A model generated the notes under the pieces. The model had not been told where the DNA came from and did no database searches. It saw only the letters and a program-made list of their open reading frames with translations. A DNA stretch of 64,000 nt from Glaucostegus cemiculus (lineage: Eukaryota): contig CDPCPM010000013.1 of NCBI GenBank assembly GCA_976551045.1, positions 23,374,001-23,438,000 on the forward strand, read 5' to 3'. Position 1 is the first letter of the stretch. Every line of letters starts with the position of its first letter. A program made the translations under genes and the position numbers. Below, in pieces: positions 63,712 through 64,000 of this stretch.

Positions 63712-64000
63712 GAATTTCAAGTAACTGACTCCACTTTAATCTTCCGCCTTTGTTACCTCCACTTATCACCTCCCAGCTTCTATCTCTATTTCCACTTTCC
63801 CCTCCTCCATCTGCCTATCAACTCCTCCTTAGCTAGATCCATGCCTTACTTGCTAAGCTCTTGCTCCACTGTTTTCCTTCACCTTTTTATACTGGCTATC
63901 TCTCCTCTATCATTCAGTCCAGATGAAGGGTCTGAACCTGAAACATTGACTGCCCATTTCCCTCCATTGATGCTGCCTGAACTGCTAAGTTCCTCCAGCA
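63712..64000 (+). mobile_element. Penelope-like element 3' region / pseudo-LTR, truncated by the window end
   Basis: Homologous to 44540-44810; includes cagtccagatgaagggtctgaacctgaaacattgactg. Confidence 0.8.

Overview
This is eukaryotic, AT-rich, repeat-dense vertebrate DNA. The repeat content (V-SINE/HE1-like SINEs, CR1, Rex1-like, RTE and L2 LINEs, Penelope-like elements, a Deu-type SINE) suggests a cartilaginous fish, probably a ray; that assignment is inference. The window lies inside a large teneurin gene on the + strand, best matching TENM4. Five GT-AG coding exons splice into one open frame of 980 nt: 32377-32632, 33767-33865, 38744-38982, 53640-53810 and 62902-63116. They encode the proline-rich intracellular domain, the transmembrane helix and the start of the ectodomain. 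The rest is intron. Notable intronic items: (1) a young, internally deleted IR/DR-type Tc1 transposon; (2) a 674-bp TIR element with a 3-bp TSD; (3) a CpG-rich non-autonomous LINE-like element with a VNTR core; (4) several minimal hammerhead-ribozyme-like motifs in Penelope-type repeats; (5) one SINE head found with two different LINE tails; (6) a near-perfect ~64-nt hairpin; (7) an array of 13 TGAGTCA motifs; (8) a 175-bp tandem duplication; (9) two N gaps. Most ORFs in the supplied track are spurious. I cannot establish a new biological system here. Coordinates of decayed repeats are approximate, and family names come from recalled consensus features, not database searches.
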